From an uncultured Candidatus Saccharibacteria bacterium (GTDB taxonomy: Bacteria; Patescibacteriota; Minisyncoccia; Phycocordibacterales; CAIZLB01): a stretch of DNA of 64,000 nucleotides. The stretch covers positions 87,681-151,680 of the forward strand of contig CAYVEK010000002.1 in NCBI GenBank assembly GCA_964450605.1, read 5' to 3'. The notes under the pieces are model-generated. The model had not been told where the DNA came from and did not search any database. It worked only from the letters and a program-made list of their open reading frames with translations. Position numbers and translations under genes: made by a program. Below, one piece after another: positions 1 to 10,776 of the stretch (the stretch's first letter is position 1; each line of letters opens with the position of its first letter).

Positions 1-1142
1 GTATATCCAATCTCCGCATGGACTTGGGATTGACTTATTCCTTCCATGTTATACTCAACAGGATCTTCAAGAGAAAGAACATTTTGACCTTCTCGATCTA
101 TCTCCATCAACATAGAATACAGCGTGGTTGTTTTTCCAGATCCTGTAGGGCCGGATATGAGTATAAGACCGTATGGTCTCTTGAGAGCTCGCTTAAGCAT
201 TTCCAAATGATCCGGCAACATACCCATAGAATCAAGTTTTTGAACACCTTTATCTTGATCCAAGATTCGCATCACAACTTTTTCTCCAAAATATGTAGGA
301 AATGTAGAAACACGAAAATCAATCTTTCTTCCGTCGGTACGAGCAGAAAAACGTCCGTCTTGTGGTTTTCGTTTTTCATCTAGCTTCATATCGCACAATA
401 TCTTGATACGAGCAACGAGAGCGTCGATAATATTTTTAGGAAGTTCAATACTTGTATTTAAAACACCGTCCACTCGATATCGAACTCGAACTTTTTCCCG
501 AAGTGGTTCGATGTGTATATCTGACGCACCTCCCTCTATGGCATATCGAAGAACTGTAGCCACGATCTTTTTAACAGGAGCGTCCTCAATAATATGTGTG
601 CCTGTATTTGAAGCTGATTCTGCAGTTTGGTCATTTTTAGTTGCGATAGTTTCAATACCTTCACCTATATCTCCAAACTCTTTTTCAAAATCAGACAGAG
701 CTTGATTAACTTCACCTGTTAAACCTTTATACATCTCAATACCCCTGTTGAAATCCTCTTCTGATATAAGATATATCTTATAGGTTATTCCACCCTTGGC
801 AGTTATAAAGTTTATAGCATCTCGCGCCTGTATGTTGTCAGGATCAACGAGTCCGACAGACAAAACACCACTTTTAATCTCAAGTGGAATGGCTTGATAA
901 TTTCGCGCAGCATCTTCGGGAATATAGTTAAGAATCTCATACGGTATGTTTTTATCTTCTATAAAATACGGCTCGAGATTCAGAAATTCAGCCTTAGCTT
1001 GAAGAATTTCATTTGACTTAATACCATACTCACGCAAAGCAGTCTCAAGAGGCTGACCCAACTCGACAGCCTTTTTCTCTAAAGCTTCAAGTGTGTCTTT
1101 GTCCAAAATATTCTTTTTTACAAGGATAGAGGCAAATGACAT
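1..1142 (-). CDS. pilB: Type IV pilus/T2SS assembly ATPase (PilB/GspE family), runs off the window edge
   Basis: Not in the ORF track. Minus-strand reading from ATG at 1142 (MSFASILVKKNILDK...) reaches Walker A ISGPTGSGKTTTLY near 120-160; lies downstream of pilM/N/O-like genes. Confidence 0.9.
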   Translation of the reverse strand, partial: MSFASILVKKNILDKDTLEALEKKAVELGQPLETALREYGIKSNEILQAKAEFLNLEPYFIEDKNIPYEILNYIPEDAARNYQAIPLEIKSGVLSVGLVDPDNIQARDAINFITAKGGITYKIYLISEEDFNRGIEMYKGLTGEVNQALSDFEKEFGDIGEGIETIATKNDQTAESASNTGTHIIEDAPVKKIVATVLRYAIEGGASDIHIEPLREKVRVRYRVDGVLNTSIELPKNIIDALVARIKILCDMKLDEKRKPQDGRFSARTDGRKIDFRVSTFPTYFGEKVVMRILDQDKGVQKLDSMGMLPDHLEMLKRALKRPYGLILISGPTGSGKTTTLYSMLMEIDREGQNVLSLEDPVEYNMEGISQSQVHAEIGY

Positions 1143-1150
1143 GTTGTTTT

Positions 1151-1642
1151 TTAACGATTAACTTTTTTTGGCTGTACGACTGGTGGTTTTGGAGTTGTAG
1201 GAGTTGTTGTTGCGGTACTTGTACCCGTAGGAGCAACTTGCGGTGTTGAAGTTGAGACAACTTGTGTTCCTGTAGAGAGGCTTGCTTTTGAATTTAGACC
1301 TATAGGAAGAAATGGGTTTTCTCGACCGACTGGGAGCTTGTAATCAACTTCGAAAGGTTTATCTGGATAGTTTAGAGCCTGAAATGCTGGAGATTTAAAC
1401 AGACTAACATCTATCTTAACGGAATTAAGAGTAAGTATTCCGTTTACAAACTGTTTATCAAGTTTCAATTGTTCACTACTTGAGGCTGTTACAGGCTGAT
1501 CGGTTACTTTAACCAAACCTCCTGTTGATACATTTCTAGTCTGAGATGTATCTTTCTTAGATAAAACAAAATACCAGTATGCAAAGAATGCTATGACTAT
1601 AAGGACTAAGATTATGAGAATGTTTTTGTGTTTACTAAACAT
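1151..1642 (-). CDS. Membrane-anchored pilus-cluster protein with Thr/Pro-rich tail
   Basis: N-terminal TM helix, GRENPF motif, position inside pil cluster. Confidence 0.6.
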   Translation of the reverse strand: MFSKHKNILIILVLIVIAFFAYWYFVLSKKDTSQTRNVSTGGLVKVTDQPVTASSSEQLKLDKQFVNGILTLNSVKIDVSLFKSPAFQALNYPDKPFEVDYKLPVGRENPFLPIGLNSKASLSTGTQVVSTSTPQVAPTGTSTATTTPTTPKPPVVQPKKVNR

Positions 1643-1650
1643 ATTTTTAT

Positions 1651-2274
1651 TTATTTAACATTATTTGAAGCGTCATATTTTAGCCAATATGTCTTTATAA
1701 CCATATTTATATTATATACAGGATCAGGATCGTTACCAGTTGGAGCATTAAAGTCTATAGAATCTATATCCATAATTCTCTTTGAGAACTCAATACGTCT
1801 CAAAAACTCCATAAAGTCTCCATATGTAAGACTTACAGAAAATGAAAGCGTTGCAACTCCGAGTTTAGAAGATTCTACTGACGCATCAGTTTGTACACCT
1901 GTTGATTGTACAATTTTCGGACTCTCAATAGATAGTTTTTTAACAGAACCTTCTGCTGATTTATATTGAGCAATTGTTCCCCTATCTGACACAACTGATT
2001 GCAATAAATTATCGAAATCAATAATCAATTTTACATTTTCGACGTTATCAGGAAGCATGGTTTTCATTTTTGCCCTATCTGCTTCTGATATACTGTTCTG
2101 TGCCTTGAGCAAGCTATCAATACGTGCATCGAGCTTTTTAGCATTATGTAGAGCTGTTTCGTATCTTTGAACCTCTACCTGTCGATCTTTAAGAGCTGCC
2201 AACTTATCAGCAGTAAAAAAGAAATATAGGAGTCCTGCTGCTATGAGAAGTATGATTGATAAAATCGTTTTCAT
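1651..2274 (-). CDS. PilO-like type IV pilus alignment protein
   Basis: N-terminal TM, coiled coil, C-terminal TYGDFMEFLRRIE...RIMDIDSI typical of PilO; synteny. Confidence 0.7.
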   Translation of the reverse strand: MKTILSIILLIAAGLLYFFFTADKLAALKDRQVEVQRYETALHNAKKLDARIDSLLKAQNSISEADRAKMKTMLPDNVENVKLIIDFDNLLQSVVSDRGTIAQYKSAEGSVKKLSIESPKIVQSTGVQTDASVESSKLGVATLSFSVSLTYGDFMEFLRRIEFSKRIMDIDSIDFNAPTGNDPDPVYNINMVIKTYWLKYDASNNVK

Positions 2275-2282
2275 AATTTTGA

Positions 2283-2951
2283 CTATTGTTGTGTATTATT
2301 TGTCTTAGTTTCAGCTGTTGGTGCTGGACGAATAAGTGATGAGAAGTTTACAGCATTTTCGACAACTGTTGTATTTATATTAAACACGGCCAAATCCTGA
2401 CCTCTTGCCTTACTGAAATCACTAATACTTGTGTTTTTAAATGTTTTCTGTGCTACAACTTCTGAGAACTGTTTATCCTGTACAACTATAGATTCATATC
2501 CAACTCCCTGAGCTTTTAAACCTAAAGAAAATGTACCATCAGGCTTTCTTTTAAGAGAAAATCCTGTAAGAGAGACTCTGTCCAAAGTATTTCTTCCTAC
2601 CTCTGCAAACAATGGACGCACAGCAACATGGTTATCAAGAAGAGTTTTTAATATTTCCAATCTGTCATTTACTGCTTTTAAATCTTCTATGGTTTGAGCA
2701 TTGCTTCTTTCTTGGTACTTTGCCAAAGCTTTTTCGGCAGTAGTTTTATTTGAAACAGAAAGCTTATCGAGTGAAAATACTACCCCTGCAGCAACCAAAC
2801 TGCATATAAAAACAAAGAAAGAAATGAGAGTAAATAAACTTCCTCCACTAAATATAGAGCTACTTCTTTTTTGTATATGACCTTTGTCATCTACAACATT
2901 ATCAAGTGATGCTCTTGGTATAAATGATGTTGTTTGAAATCTTGTTTCCAT
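2283..2951 (-). CDS. PilN-like type IV pilus alignment protein
   Basis: Single TM plus coiled coil, between pilM and pilO-like gene. Confidence 0.6.
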   Translation of the reverse strand: METRFQTTSFIPRASLDNVVDDKGHIQKRSSSIFSGGSLFTLISFFVFICSLVAAGVVFSLDKLSVSNKTTAEKALAKYQERSNAQTIEDLKAVNDRLEILKTLLDNHVAVRPLFAEVGRNTLDRVSLTGFSLKRKPDGTFSLGLKAQGVGYESIVVQDKQFSEVVAQKTFKNTSISDFSKARGQDLAVFNINTTVVENAVNFSSLIRPAPTAETKTNNTQQ

Positions 2952-2975
2952 AATCTATGTTTAATTATATCAAAC

Positions 2976-4097
2976 TCAACCTTGCAATGCACGAAGTGCA
3001 AGGCCGATCGCAGCAGCAAAGGCTGTTCCAGATGCTAATAATGATTCTTGCAGAAATACAGGTGTCTCAAGTTTGGCAAAAGGTGCAGCTAATGAAACCT
3101 CACAGGCAAATGTTTTTTTGGCTATATCCATAAAACCGTATAAATTTGCCCCACCACCTGTTAACAGAATCTTCTGTACTGTTTTTCCAAACCTTTTTTG
3201 AAATTGGTTTATCATTGTACTCACTTCGCTGATGATATATTCTTGATGAATACTCATGAGTTCAATTATTTTATCTTGATCTGTTACATTTCCTTTACCA
3301 AGACTTCGTTTTAAATGTTCAGCTTGATCAAAAGTAACTCCAAGACCTTTAGATATAGAAAAAGTGATATCTTGTCCTCCTCTTGTAAGAATATGCGATG
3401 ATACGAGTATACCGTTGTCGACTATGTATGACTTTGTAGATGAGGCACCTAGATCAATAATCATGACTGGTGCATTTTCACCAGAAAGACACGCACGGGC
3501 CGTAGCAAATGCCTCTACTTCGAAAAAACTAGTCTGAAGAGCTGTTTCTTGAACTATGGTTGTATAGTTATTTAGAACTTGATTGTGTATAGCAACGAGC
3601 AAGACTTGTATCTTTTTAGACTTCTCTTCTTGTTGTTTTTTAAAGTCACTGTCAGACTCAACAAACTCCAAGCTTGTATCTCGAGGTGTTGGAATAACAA
3701 ACCAATCCATAGTCACCTCACTTATAGGAACAGGTATGTATTTTCGAGCTTCAAGAGGTATAACCGTTGCAAGTTCTGATTCAGCAACCGTAGGTATCTC
3801 AATAACACTTACCAAACTTAACTTGAGTGGTATAGCCATACCACCTTTCATAGTTGTTATTTCTGCCTCTTTGATAAGATCTTTTATAACATTGCAAATC
3901 TCAGAAGTTGTCATGTTCACAACTTGTCCAGTGGCAAGTTTACTGTATGGACCGAGACCTATCTCTCCATACGTTTCAAGTACAGCTTTTCCTTTTTTCT
4001 TTTTTACCTGAACTATTTTAAGCGAAGAAGATCCAATGTCTATACCAATGACACTGGTTTCTGGTGCTGAAAAAATATTTTTAGTAAAAAAAGACAT
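2976..4097 (-). CDS. pilM: Type IV pilus assembly protein PilM
   Basis: Actin-like motifs IGIDIGSSSLK, IDLGASST, LTGGGA, AAAIGLALR. Confidence 0.92.
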   Translation of the reverse strand: MSFFTKNIFSAPETSVIGIDIGSSSLKIVQVKKKKGKAVLETYGEIGLGPYSKLATGQVVNMTTSEICNVIKDLIKEAEITTMKGGMAIPLKLSLVSVIEIPTVAESELATVIPLEARKYIPVPISEVTMDWFVIPTPRDTSLEFVESDSDFKKQQEEKSKKIQVLLVAIHNQVLNNYTTIVQETALQTSFFEVEAFATARACLSGENAPVMIIDLGASSTKSYIVDNGILVSSHILTRGGQDITFSISKGLGVTFDQAEHLKRSLGKGNVTDQDKIIELMSIHQEYIISEVSTMINQFQKRFGKTVQKILLTGGGANLYGFMDIAKKTFACEVSLAAPFAKLETPVFLQESLLASGTAFAAAIGLALRALQG

Positions 4098-4110
4098 ACG
4101 ATTACTCTAA

Positions 4111-4983
4111 TCATATCGCACTCTTTAATTCTCGCAAAGCTATAGCGACCTGTTCTTCTTTTTTAGGAGCACCTATAACATCACTTATACCTGGTGGAGT
4201 CCCATGCCATTCAAATCTATTTTCCATATAACTCACACCTTTGCCTGGAATAGTTTTTGCAATAATGATTGAAGGTTTTTCCGTTTCTTTTTTTGCCACG
4301 TCTATCGCACGTATCAATGCTTCTATATCATGCCCGTCAACTTGTTGTACATGCCAGTTAAACGCCTCCCATTTTTTATCTAGTGGATCCAAAGGCATCA
4401 CATGTTCGGTATTTCCATCTATTTGTATGTAATTACGATCAACTATGGCGATAAGATTCCCCAACTTTTCACGTGGAGCAAGCATAGCCGCTTCCCATAT
4501 CTGCCCTTCATCATGTTCTCCGTCTGACAATATACTATATATATAACGTGGATAATTTGAGCCAAATTCTCTTTTATCCGCTATAGCCATTCCTACTGCC
4601 TGAGAAAGTCCTGACCCAAGCGGACCCGAACTAGTCTCAAGTGCTGGTAAAAATTCTCTGTGTGGATGACCTTGCAATATAGAACCGAATTGTCGCAAAT
4701 TCATAAGTTGATCTAGAGAAAAATATCCTGCATGACCCATAGTTGCATACAATACTGGACATGTGTGGCCATTTGAAAGAACAAGACGATCCCTTTCTGG
4801 TGCAAACGGATGTTTAGCATCATGCCTCATTACCCCAAAATATAATGTCGCAAATATATCAGCTAAACCAAGAGGTCCTCCCGAGTGTCCTGATTTTGCT
4901 TTTGCGAGCATTTCTATAATAGATATTCTTATATCTCGAGCTTTTGTTTTTATATGTAATAAAGTATCAGAGTTAAGTGACAT
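4111..4983 (-). CDS. Transketolase, N-terminal (TPP-binding) subunit of a split enzyme
   Basis: SGHSGG, DRLVLSNGH, LQGHP, SDGEHDEG motifs; 290 aa. Confidence 0.92.
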   Translation of the reverse strand: MSLNSDTLLHIKTKARDIRISIIEMLAKAKSGHSGGPLGLADIFATLYFGVMRHDAKHPFAPERDRLVLSNGHTCPVLYATMGHAGYFSLDQLMNLRQFGSILQGHPHREFLPALETSSGPLGSGLSQAVGMAIADKREFGSNYPRYIYSILSDGEHDEGQIWEAAMLAPREKLGNLIAIVDRNYIQIDGNTEHVMPLDPLDKKWEAFNWHVQQVDGHDIEALIRAIDVAKKETEKPSIIIAKTIPGKGVSYMENRFEWHGTPPGISDVIGAPKKEEQVAIALRELKSAI

Positions 4984-4988
4984 AAATT

Positions 4989-5477
4989 TTATTTTTTAAG
5001 TTGAGCTATAGCAAACACATTATAATCTTGAGAGTTAACAATCATGAGATACCTATACGATCCTAGATTAAAATTTTCCGGTACTACGACTGAATAACCT
5101 TTATATGTATATGAAGGGGTTATGTATCCGAAATCGACATAATTTGTCTGATTTGAAACATTAGGAGTGTCCGCAAGCCACAAAGACCAGTTTCCTTGTG
5201 GAACCACCATATTTTCTGTTGTTAGAGACAAAACACTGTCAATTTGAGTTACACCAACTTTTCCAAATGTTTTATTAACACCTTGCGGATTACGAATAAC
5301 AAAAGTACCAAACACAGGATTTCCAGGAGTCAAATATGTTGAACCTACCTGAATCGGAGTTTTTACGGGGCCTATGGCAATATTACCAACACTAGACACT
5401 ACTGAAGGTAGATTTACCAACAATAGCAACATAACTACTATTAAAAATAGACCTATAAGCTTTTTCAGAATTCCCAT
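4989..5477 (-). CDS. Hypothetical exported protein
   Basis: N-terminal hydrophobic segment; TATAAT 7 nt before ATG. Confidence 0.6.
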   Translation of the reverse strand: MGILKKLIGLFLIVVMLLLLVNLPSVVSSVGNIAIGPVKTPIQVGSTYLTPGNPVFGTFVIRNPQGVNKTFGKVGVTQIDSVLSLTTENMVVPQGNWSLWLADTPNVSNQTNYVDFGYITPSYTYKGYSVVVPENFNLGSYRYLMIVNSQDYNVFAIAQLKK

Positions 5478-5543
5478 ATCGTCAATTATAACATATACTT
5501 ATATACATACCGCAATTATTATTAAATATAATCTTTTAAACAT

Positions 5544-6083
5544 ATGAACATACGAACACTTACAGTATTTACACTAGCTTTCGCATTTGCAGCAACACCT
5601 TTGTTAGCTGAAGAGCGTGAGGGTAGACAAGATCGAGGAGGAATGATAGAGCGACGAGATGCTCGAATAGAACGAGTGGACAAAAAAATGGATAAACTAG
5701 AGGACCGAATGGAGAAAGGTGAAAAACGAGGTTTGGGTAAAAATGGAAATGCATCTTCAACAATAGATGCAACATGTGCTAAAGCAGCTATCGATGTTCG
5801 AAGTAGTGCTATATTAACAGCATTTAATACACACAATACAACAATATCTGCATTGATAGCTTCAAGTACTATCGGTGAAAAAGCTGCTTTTGACCTTGCA
5901 ACAAACGGAGAGCGACAGAAAGCATTGCGAGCAGTTCGACAAGCGCTAAAGATGGGACGAATGCAGGCTCGAAAGACTATGATGGAAGCTGAGAAAACAG
6001 CATTCACAACTTTCAAAACTTCAATGAAAGCATGTGGAGCAAACGGTAATGATGTTGAGAAAGGAGAACCTCTAGTTAACTAA
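5544..6083 (+). CDS. Hypothetical secreted helical protein
   Basis: Signal peptide, charged helical body, two Cys, followed by terminator. Confidence 0.7.
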   Translation: MNIRTLTVFTLAFAFAATPLLAEEREGRQDRGGMIERRDARIERVDKKMDKLEDRMEKGEKRGLGKNGNASSTIDATCAKAAIDVRSSAILTAFNTHNTTISALIASSTIGEKAAFDLATNGERQKALRAVRQALKMGRMQARKTMMEAEKTAFTTFKTSMKACGANGNDVEKGEPLVN

Positions 6084-6118
6084 ATTGATATAGATATCTG
6101 TATAAGATATGAAAATAC

Positions 6119-6140
6119 CACCACCTTAGGTGGTGTTTTT
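6119..6140 (+). terminator. Intrinsic terminator
   Basis: CACCACC-TTA-GGTGGTG followed by T tract. Confidence 0.6.
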
Positions 6141-6161
6141 ATTATGTTATACTAATGAGAT

Positions 6162-6839
6162 ATGAAAGTCTGGATGATGATTATATTTGTATTAGTGATT
6201 TTAGGTGTTATTTATGTATATAAACCAGTAAGCCATTTTGGGGCAAAACTACTTATCAAACACGCTGGTGGAAAAAAGATCGCTCTCACTTTTGACGACG
6301 GACCCATACCTGCAACCTCCAAGCTACTCGACATGCTTGACGAAGTTGGGGTTAAAGCTACTTTTTTTGTCATAGGAGAAGAGTTATCTCGTCGCGGAGA
6401 ATTAACAAAAAAAGCATTTGATAAAGGTCACTCCATTGGGAACCATTCATGGGATCACCCTCATATGCTCGGCTGGCGCTCCGAATCTTTTATGAAGGAA
6501 CAGATTGAGAAAACAAATACCGAACTAGCTAAACTAGGAATAAAACCCAAATCTTTTCGATCTCCATTTGGAGAAACATCTTGGAGACTAACATCAATGC
6601 TTGAAAAGCATGGAAGTATGAAATACGTAGGCTGGACAGTGTCGAGCAAAGATTGGAAGCTTGATTACACAGCCGAAAAAATACATAAACTTTTTTCAAA
6701 TATAAAAGAAAATGAGGTTATATTACTTCATGACCGTGCATATGAAAAACCAGAACATCTAGAAGCTTTAAAAGAAGAGATACTTCGCCTTAAAAAAGAA
6801 GGTTTCTCTTTTGTAACTATCGACCAACTTCTTCCTTGA
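6162..6839 (+). CDS. Membrane-anchored polysaccharide deacetylase (CE4/NodB)
   Basis: LTFDDGP, GNHSWDHP, FRSPFG, ILLHD motifs. Confidence 0.92.
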   Translation: MKVWMMIIFVLVILGVIYVYKPVSHFGAKLLIKHAGGKKIALTFDDGPIPATSKLLDMLDEVGVKATFFVIGEELSRRGELTKKAFDKGHSIGNHSWDHPHMLGWRSESFMKEQIEKTNTELAKLGIKPKSFRSPFGETSWRLTSMLEKHGSMKYVGWTVSSKDWKLDYTAEKIHKLFSNIKENEVILLHDRAYEKPEHLEALKEEILRLKKEGFSFVTIDQLLP

Positions 6840-7530
6840 GTTCAGATAAGTTATCACTTGCATTTCCCTGTCCAAACACTGCAGAACCAACAACTGCAGC
6901 ATCCACACCTGCGGATTTAACATCGTGTATGTTGTCCAAATGTATTCCTCCATCCATTTGTATTGTTATGTTTGGATATTTTTCTTTCAGATCTGCAACA
7001 TGTGGCAACCATCTATCATCAAAAGATACACCTTGCTCCCCCACGTGTTCTATGGACATGCACTGAAAAAGCTTAACAGAACCTGAGTGTAATAGATCTT
7101 CTATACGAGCCTTATCAGTAACCCACTCATCATATGTACACGCGATGCCAACATCAGTCAGGAGAGCTGTAGTATCCTCTATGGCCTTAAGTAAACCAGC
7201 CTGTGTGCCGAATGCTGTCGGATGAAATATAAGAACACTTGCACCAAGGCGTGCATACACTTCTATGTACTCATATGCATCTTTAATCATCAGATCAAAC
7301 TGATAATCAACATCGTCCCATCGTGGCAATCCTATATCTTCAGTTAGAAGCTGATCAACGTGAAAATCTCGTGTTATATCTGCTCCACGAGTTGTGTACG
7401 GCCATGTCTTATGTGGTACATAAATACCATCGCAAATATCTACATGTATAGTTTCTGCTTGAGTAACAGAATTAACATGATCTTCTATAACATTAAATGA
7501 TTCTTCGAGAATCGCAGGAATGATTTTCAT
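6817..7530 (-). CDS. rpe: Ribulose-phosphate 3-epimerase
   Basis: IHVDICDG, QMDGGI, VVGSAVF motifs. Confidence 0.85.
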   Translation of the reverse strand: MKIIPAILEESFNVIEDHVNSVTQAETIHVDICDGIYVPHKTWPYTTRGADITRDFHVDQLLTEDIGLPRWDDVDYQFDLMIKDAYEYIEVYARLGASVLIFHPTAFGTQAGLLKAIEDTTALLTDVGIACTYDEWVTDKARIEDLLHSGSVKLFQCMSIEHVGEQGVSFDDRWLPHVADLKEKYPNITIQMDGGIHLDNIHDVKSAGVDAAVVGSAVFGQGNASDNLSELKEEVGR

Positions 7531-7533
7531 TTT

Positions 7534-7986
7534 TTATTTATCTATTTTATTAATACGTCGAAGATGTCGCTCATCTTGAGAAAAAGATGTACTGAGCCAT
7601 ATATCAACAAGAGTTGTAAGCTCATCTTCATCTACAAAGCGTGCCCCTATAGATAACACATTTGCATCATTATGCTCTCGACTAAGTACGACTATCTCTT
7701 GAGCCTTTTCACCACCATAGCACACTACCGCTCGAACGTGAGGAAATCGATTTGCAACCATGGCTTCACCTTGACCTGATCCACCAAATATAACCGCCTT
7801 TTCTTCTCCTTTTGAATCAGAAACTGCACGAGCAGCTTTTGCTATATACTCAGGATAATCATCTCCTTCTGTATACACTTCCGCTCCGTGATCTATAACA
7901 AGACAACCTTTTTCAAGTAAAAAAGCTTTAACTTTTTCTTTATATTCAAATCCTGCATGATCTGTAGCGAGATGTATGGTTTTCAT
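7534..7986 (-). CDS. rpiB: Ribose-5-phosphate isomerase B
   Basis: DHAGF, DDYP, GGSGQGEAMVANR, REHNDANVL; start moved to MKTIHL. Confidence 0.92.
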   Translation of the reverse strand: MKTIHLATDHAGFEYKEKVKAFLLEKGCLVIDHGAEVYTEGDDYPEYIAKAARAVSDSKGEEKAVIFGGSGQGEAMVANRFPHVRAVVCYGGEKAQEIVVLSREHNDANVLSIGARFVDEDELTTLVDIWLSTSFSQDERHLRRINKIDK

Positions 7987-8007
7987 ATCTTGGTTATAGC
8001 ACATTTT

Positions 8008-9060
8008 TTACAAATCTTGCCCACCTGTAACTTTTTCAACTTTTGCTGACAAACCTGTCTCTTTATCAAAACTGTACTCACCTTTAAGTGCAAGAGTTAG
8101 CATATCAAGTCTGTCTTTTAATATCGCCTGACCTTCCGCTTCGTTTTCCGCATCTTTGGCAAAATGCGCAAGCACAGGATCTTGTATAGCTCGAGAATAT
8201 GAATATGTCATAGCAAATGGAAATGGACCAAGCTTCATAAGCTCTGATAGATTCATTGCTGCCTGAGTTGGAGTTTGTCCACCTGATAGAAATACTATAC
8301 CGCCGATATTTTTAGGAACAGTTGAAAGAAGGACATCTGCTGTGTGTTTTGCAACTTCTTCATGTGTAGCTGTTTCAACAGCACTTTTTCCAGAAAGCAC
8401 AAAAGATGTTTTGAGTATAACTCCTGTAATATCAACTTTATATAAAGCTAGTTCACCAAATAGATGCGTGAGTGTATTTTGTAATCGCTCGGCGCATTCA
8501 TATATAGAATGTGTTCCATCATATAACACTTCTGGTTCGATGATAGGTACCAAACCTGCTTGCTGTGCAAGTGATGCATAGAGCGCAAGGTTTCGCATAT
8601 TTGCCTCAACTCCACTGTCAGTAGAAGTCGTTACATCAACAACCGCTCGCCATTTTGTAAATCGTGCACCGAGTTTATAATATTCTTCAAGTCTTTCTTT
8701 TAGACCATCTAATCCTAGGGTTAGTTTTTCTCCTGTAAAGTTTGGCAAATCAACAAGACCTTTATCGACTTTGATACCTGGGACAATACCATGTTCAGTA
8801 CAATACTGTGCAAATGTTTTCCCCTTCTCTATCTCTTGTCTTAGAGTCTCATCATAAAATATAACTCCGCTTATATACTTCGATACATCTGGAGTTCCAA
8901 TAAGGAGTTTTCGGTACGCAAGACGATTCTCCTCTGTCTGTGCTATGCCAAGCGCTTCAAAACGCTTATGAATAGAGTTTGTGCTCTCATCAGCGGCCAA
9001 TAATCCTTTTCCTTCTGCAAATATCTGTTTGATTGTTTCGTGTAGTTTTTCTGTAGTCAT
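8008..9060 (-). CDS. Fructose-bisphosphate aldolase class I
   Basis: GKGLLAADES, GIKVDKG, KWRAV, PIIEPEV, FLSGGQ. Confidence 0.93.
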   Translation of the reverse strand: MTTEKLHETIKQIFAEGKGLLAADESTNSIHKRFEALGIAQTEENRLAYRKLLIGTPDVSKYISGVIFYDETLRQEIEKGKTFAQYCTEHGIVPGIKVDKGLVDLPNFTGEKLTLGLDGLKERLEEYYKLGARFTKWRAVVDVTTSTDSGVEANMRNLALYASLAQQAGLVPIIEPEVLYDGTHSIYECAERLQNTLTHLFGELALYKVDITGVILKTSFVLSGKSAVETATHEEVAKHTADVLLSTVPKNIGGIVFLSGGQTPTQAAMNLSELMKLGPFPFAMTYSYSRAIQDPVLAHFAKDAENEAEGQAILKDRLDMLTLALKGEYSFDKETGLSAKVEKVTGGQDL

Positions 9061-9084
9061 AATATGACCATTATGGCATATTCT

Positions 9085-9777
9085 CTACTTCACCACCACC
9101 GCCTGATCTGTAACCCCAGGCACGAGGTTTATATGCTCCATAGCATCAGCCACCGTCCAGTATTCATCAGCTTTCCCATTCCATGGATCATGTATATAAA
9201 AACCTTCTGGATCTTTAGGGTCACCTTTAAAGCCTGTTATAAGTCGCGCGTGTTCCCCTTTAAAAGCCTTAACCTCAACACCAGCAGGCGTTGTCCAAGT
9301 GTACGGAGGTTCTGTTACAGATGTTGCACCCCAGATGATCACCGGATGTTTTTCTGATATCTGTTTTGCCAACCAGTCAGCAGTGATAGCTGTTCCTGTC
9401 GCATATTCCGCATCTCGTCCGTAAGCTTTTATAGCTTTAACCACAGGTAGACCATATGTTCCATAACCACCTTTTGGTTTGCCTGCAATATTTGCATGAC
9501 CAACAAATTGTTGTTGTGGATCATCCCAGATGTTTTTATCCCAGTCTTTAGCACGAGGTTTGTATCCGAACTTTAGTATGATAGACATATCACGCTGTAC
9601 AGAAATCTTGTAGTATGCAAGTGCCATACGAAGAGAAGCCGCCTCACAACTGTTTGCGAGTTGCTGTTTGTAGTACGGAACTTTTAGTTTTGTGACAGGA
9701 GTTGATTTTACAGCTGCGGATACAGAAAAAGAAAACAGTAGCAAAAATATGGCCGACAACTTTAATAGTTTTTTCAT
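9085..9777 (-). CDS. Secreted C39-like cysteine peptidase
   Basis: Signal peptide; VPYYKQ..NSCEAASL, GEHA, IHDPW. Confidence 0.8.
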   Translation of the reverse strand: MKKLLKLSAIFLLLFSFSVSAAVKSTPVTKLKVPYYKQQLANSCEAASLRMALAYYKISVQRDMSIILKFGYKPRAKDWDKNIWDDPQQQFVGHANIAGKPKGGYGTYGLPVVKAIKAYGRDAEYATGTAITADWLAKQISEKHPVIIWGATSVTEPPYTWTTPAGVEVKAFKGEHARLITGFKGDPKDPEGFYIHDPWNGKADEYWTVADAMEHINLVPGVTDQAVVVK

Positions 9778-9791
9778 ATATATATTGTATG

Positions 9792-10379
9792 TTAACTATC
9801 CAGTTTATCCAAACCAACAGGCCTAAGTGTTTCTTTTGTAGGGTCATCAATCATGACTTCAAGGGTCCGTGCTTCTGAGATATCTATATTTAAAATACCT
9901 TCTAGGTGATCGTATTCATGTTGCAATAATCGTGCCAAAAATCCATCAGCTTTTTCTATAATAAAATCCCCCTTCTCATCTGTGTATTCTATGGTTATAG
10001 AACTCGAACGTTTAACATCACCCCAAAAAGGAGCACAACTTAGACAACCCTCTCGATATAAGTTTTGTTCAACGGATCGTTGTGTGATGCGAGGATTGAT
10101 ATATATCTTAAACACATCTCCAACATATGTAACAAATACAGCAACACTTTCTCCTATCTGAGGTGCAGCAAGTCCTCTACCAACCCCAGATATCTCTCTA
10201 TGTTTTTGCAAAACCTTACACAAATATTGCCCAACTACCAAACCTCTTTTGAGATCAACTTCCTCTGCTTTTGTTCGAAGCGCAGGGTGTCCTGCATATA
10301 CAAGATCCGGGCATTCTTCTACAACTTTTTGTAAAGATGATATTTTATCTTTTAATTTTTTATAGTAATCAGAATCCAT
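9792..10379 (-). CDS. def: Peptide deformylase
   Basis: GLAAPQIG, EGCLS, QHEYDHL. Confidence 0.92.
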   Translation of the reverse strand: MDSDYYKKLKDKISSLQKVVEECPDLVYAGHPALRTKAEEVDLKRGLVVGQYLCKVLQKHREISGVGRGLAAPQIGESVAVFVTYVGDVFKIYINPRITQRSVEQNLYREGCLSCAPFWGDVKRSSSITIEYTDEKGDFIIEKADGFLARLLQHEYDHLEGILNIDISEARTLEVMIDDPTKETLRPVGLDKLDS

Positions 10380-10393
10380 ACATAATAAAGTTT

Positions 10394-10729
10394 TTAAAAA
10401 AGTCTACCACCTAAAACTGCATCTGCATTGTCTGGTTTTATAAGAATAACTTTTCCGTTCGTATCAGGGACTCCAAGTGTCAGAACCTCAGATTCAAATG
10501 GACCTATTTTTCGTGGTGGAAAATTTACAACACCTAGGACCAGACGATTTATAAGCTCTTCTTTTGTATACCGATCAACAATTTGTACAGACGATCTTTT
10601 TACACCAACATCTTTACCGAAATCTATAGTAAGTTTATATGCTGGTTTTCGAGCTTCAGGAAAGTCTTCAACCTGAATAACCTTTCCTACTCGAATATCT
10701 ATTTTTTCGAAATCATCTATAGTAGCCAT
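10394..10729 (-). CDS. csaA: tRNA-binding/CsaA-like chaperone
   Basis: DIRVGKV..FPEARKPAYKL..DFG, VVNFPPRKIG. Confidence 0.85.
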   Translation of the reverse strand: MATIDDFEKIDIRVGKVIQVEDFPEARKPAYKLTIDFGKDVGVKRSSVQIVDRYTKEELINRLVLGVVNFPPRKIGPFESEVLTLGVPDTNGKVILIKPDNADAVLGGRLF

Positions 10730-10776
10730 ATTTTGATAGTACCACAAAAGTTAGACAGTGGTATATAATTATATTT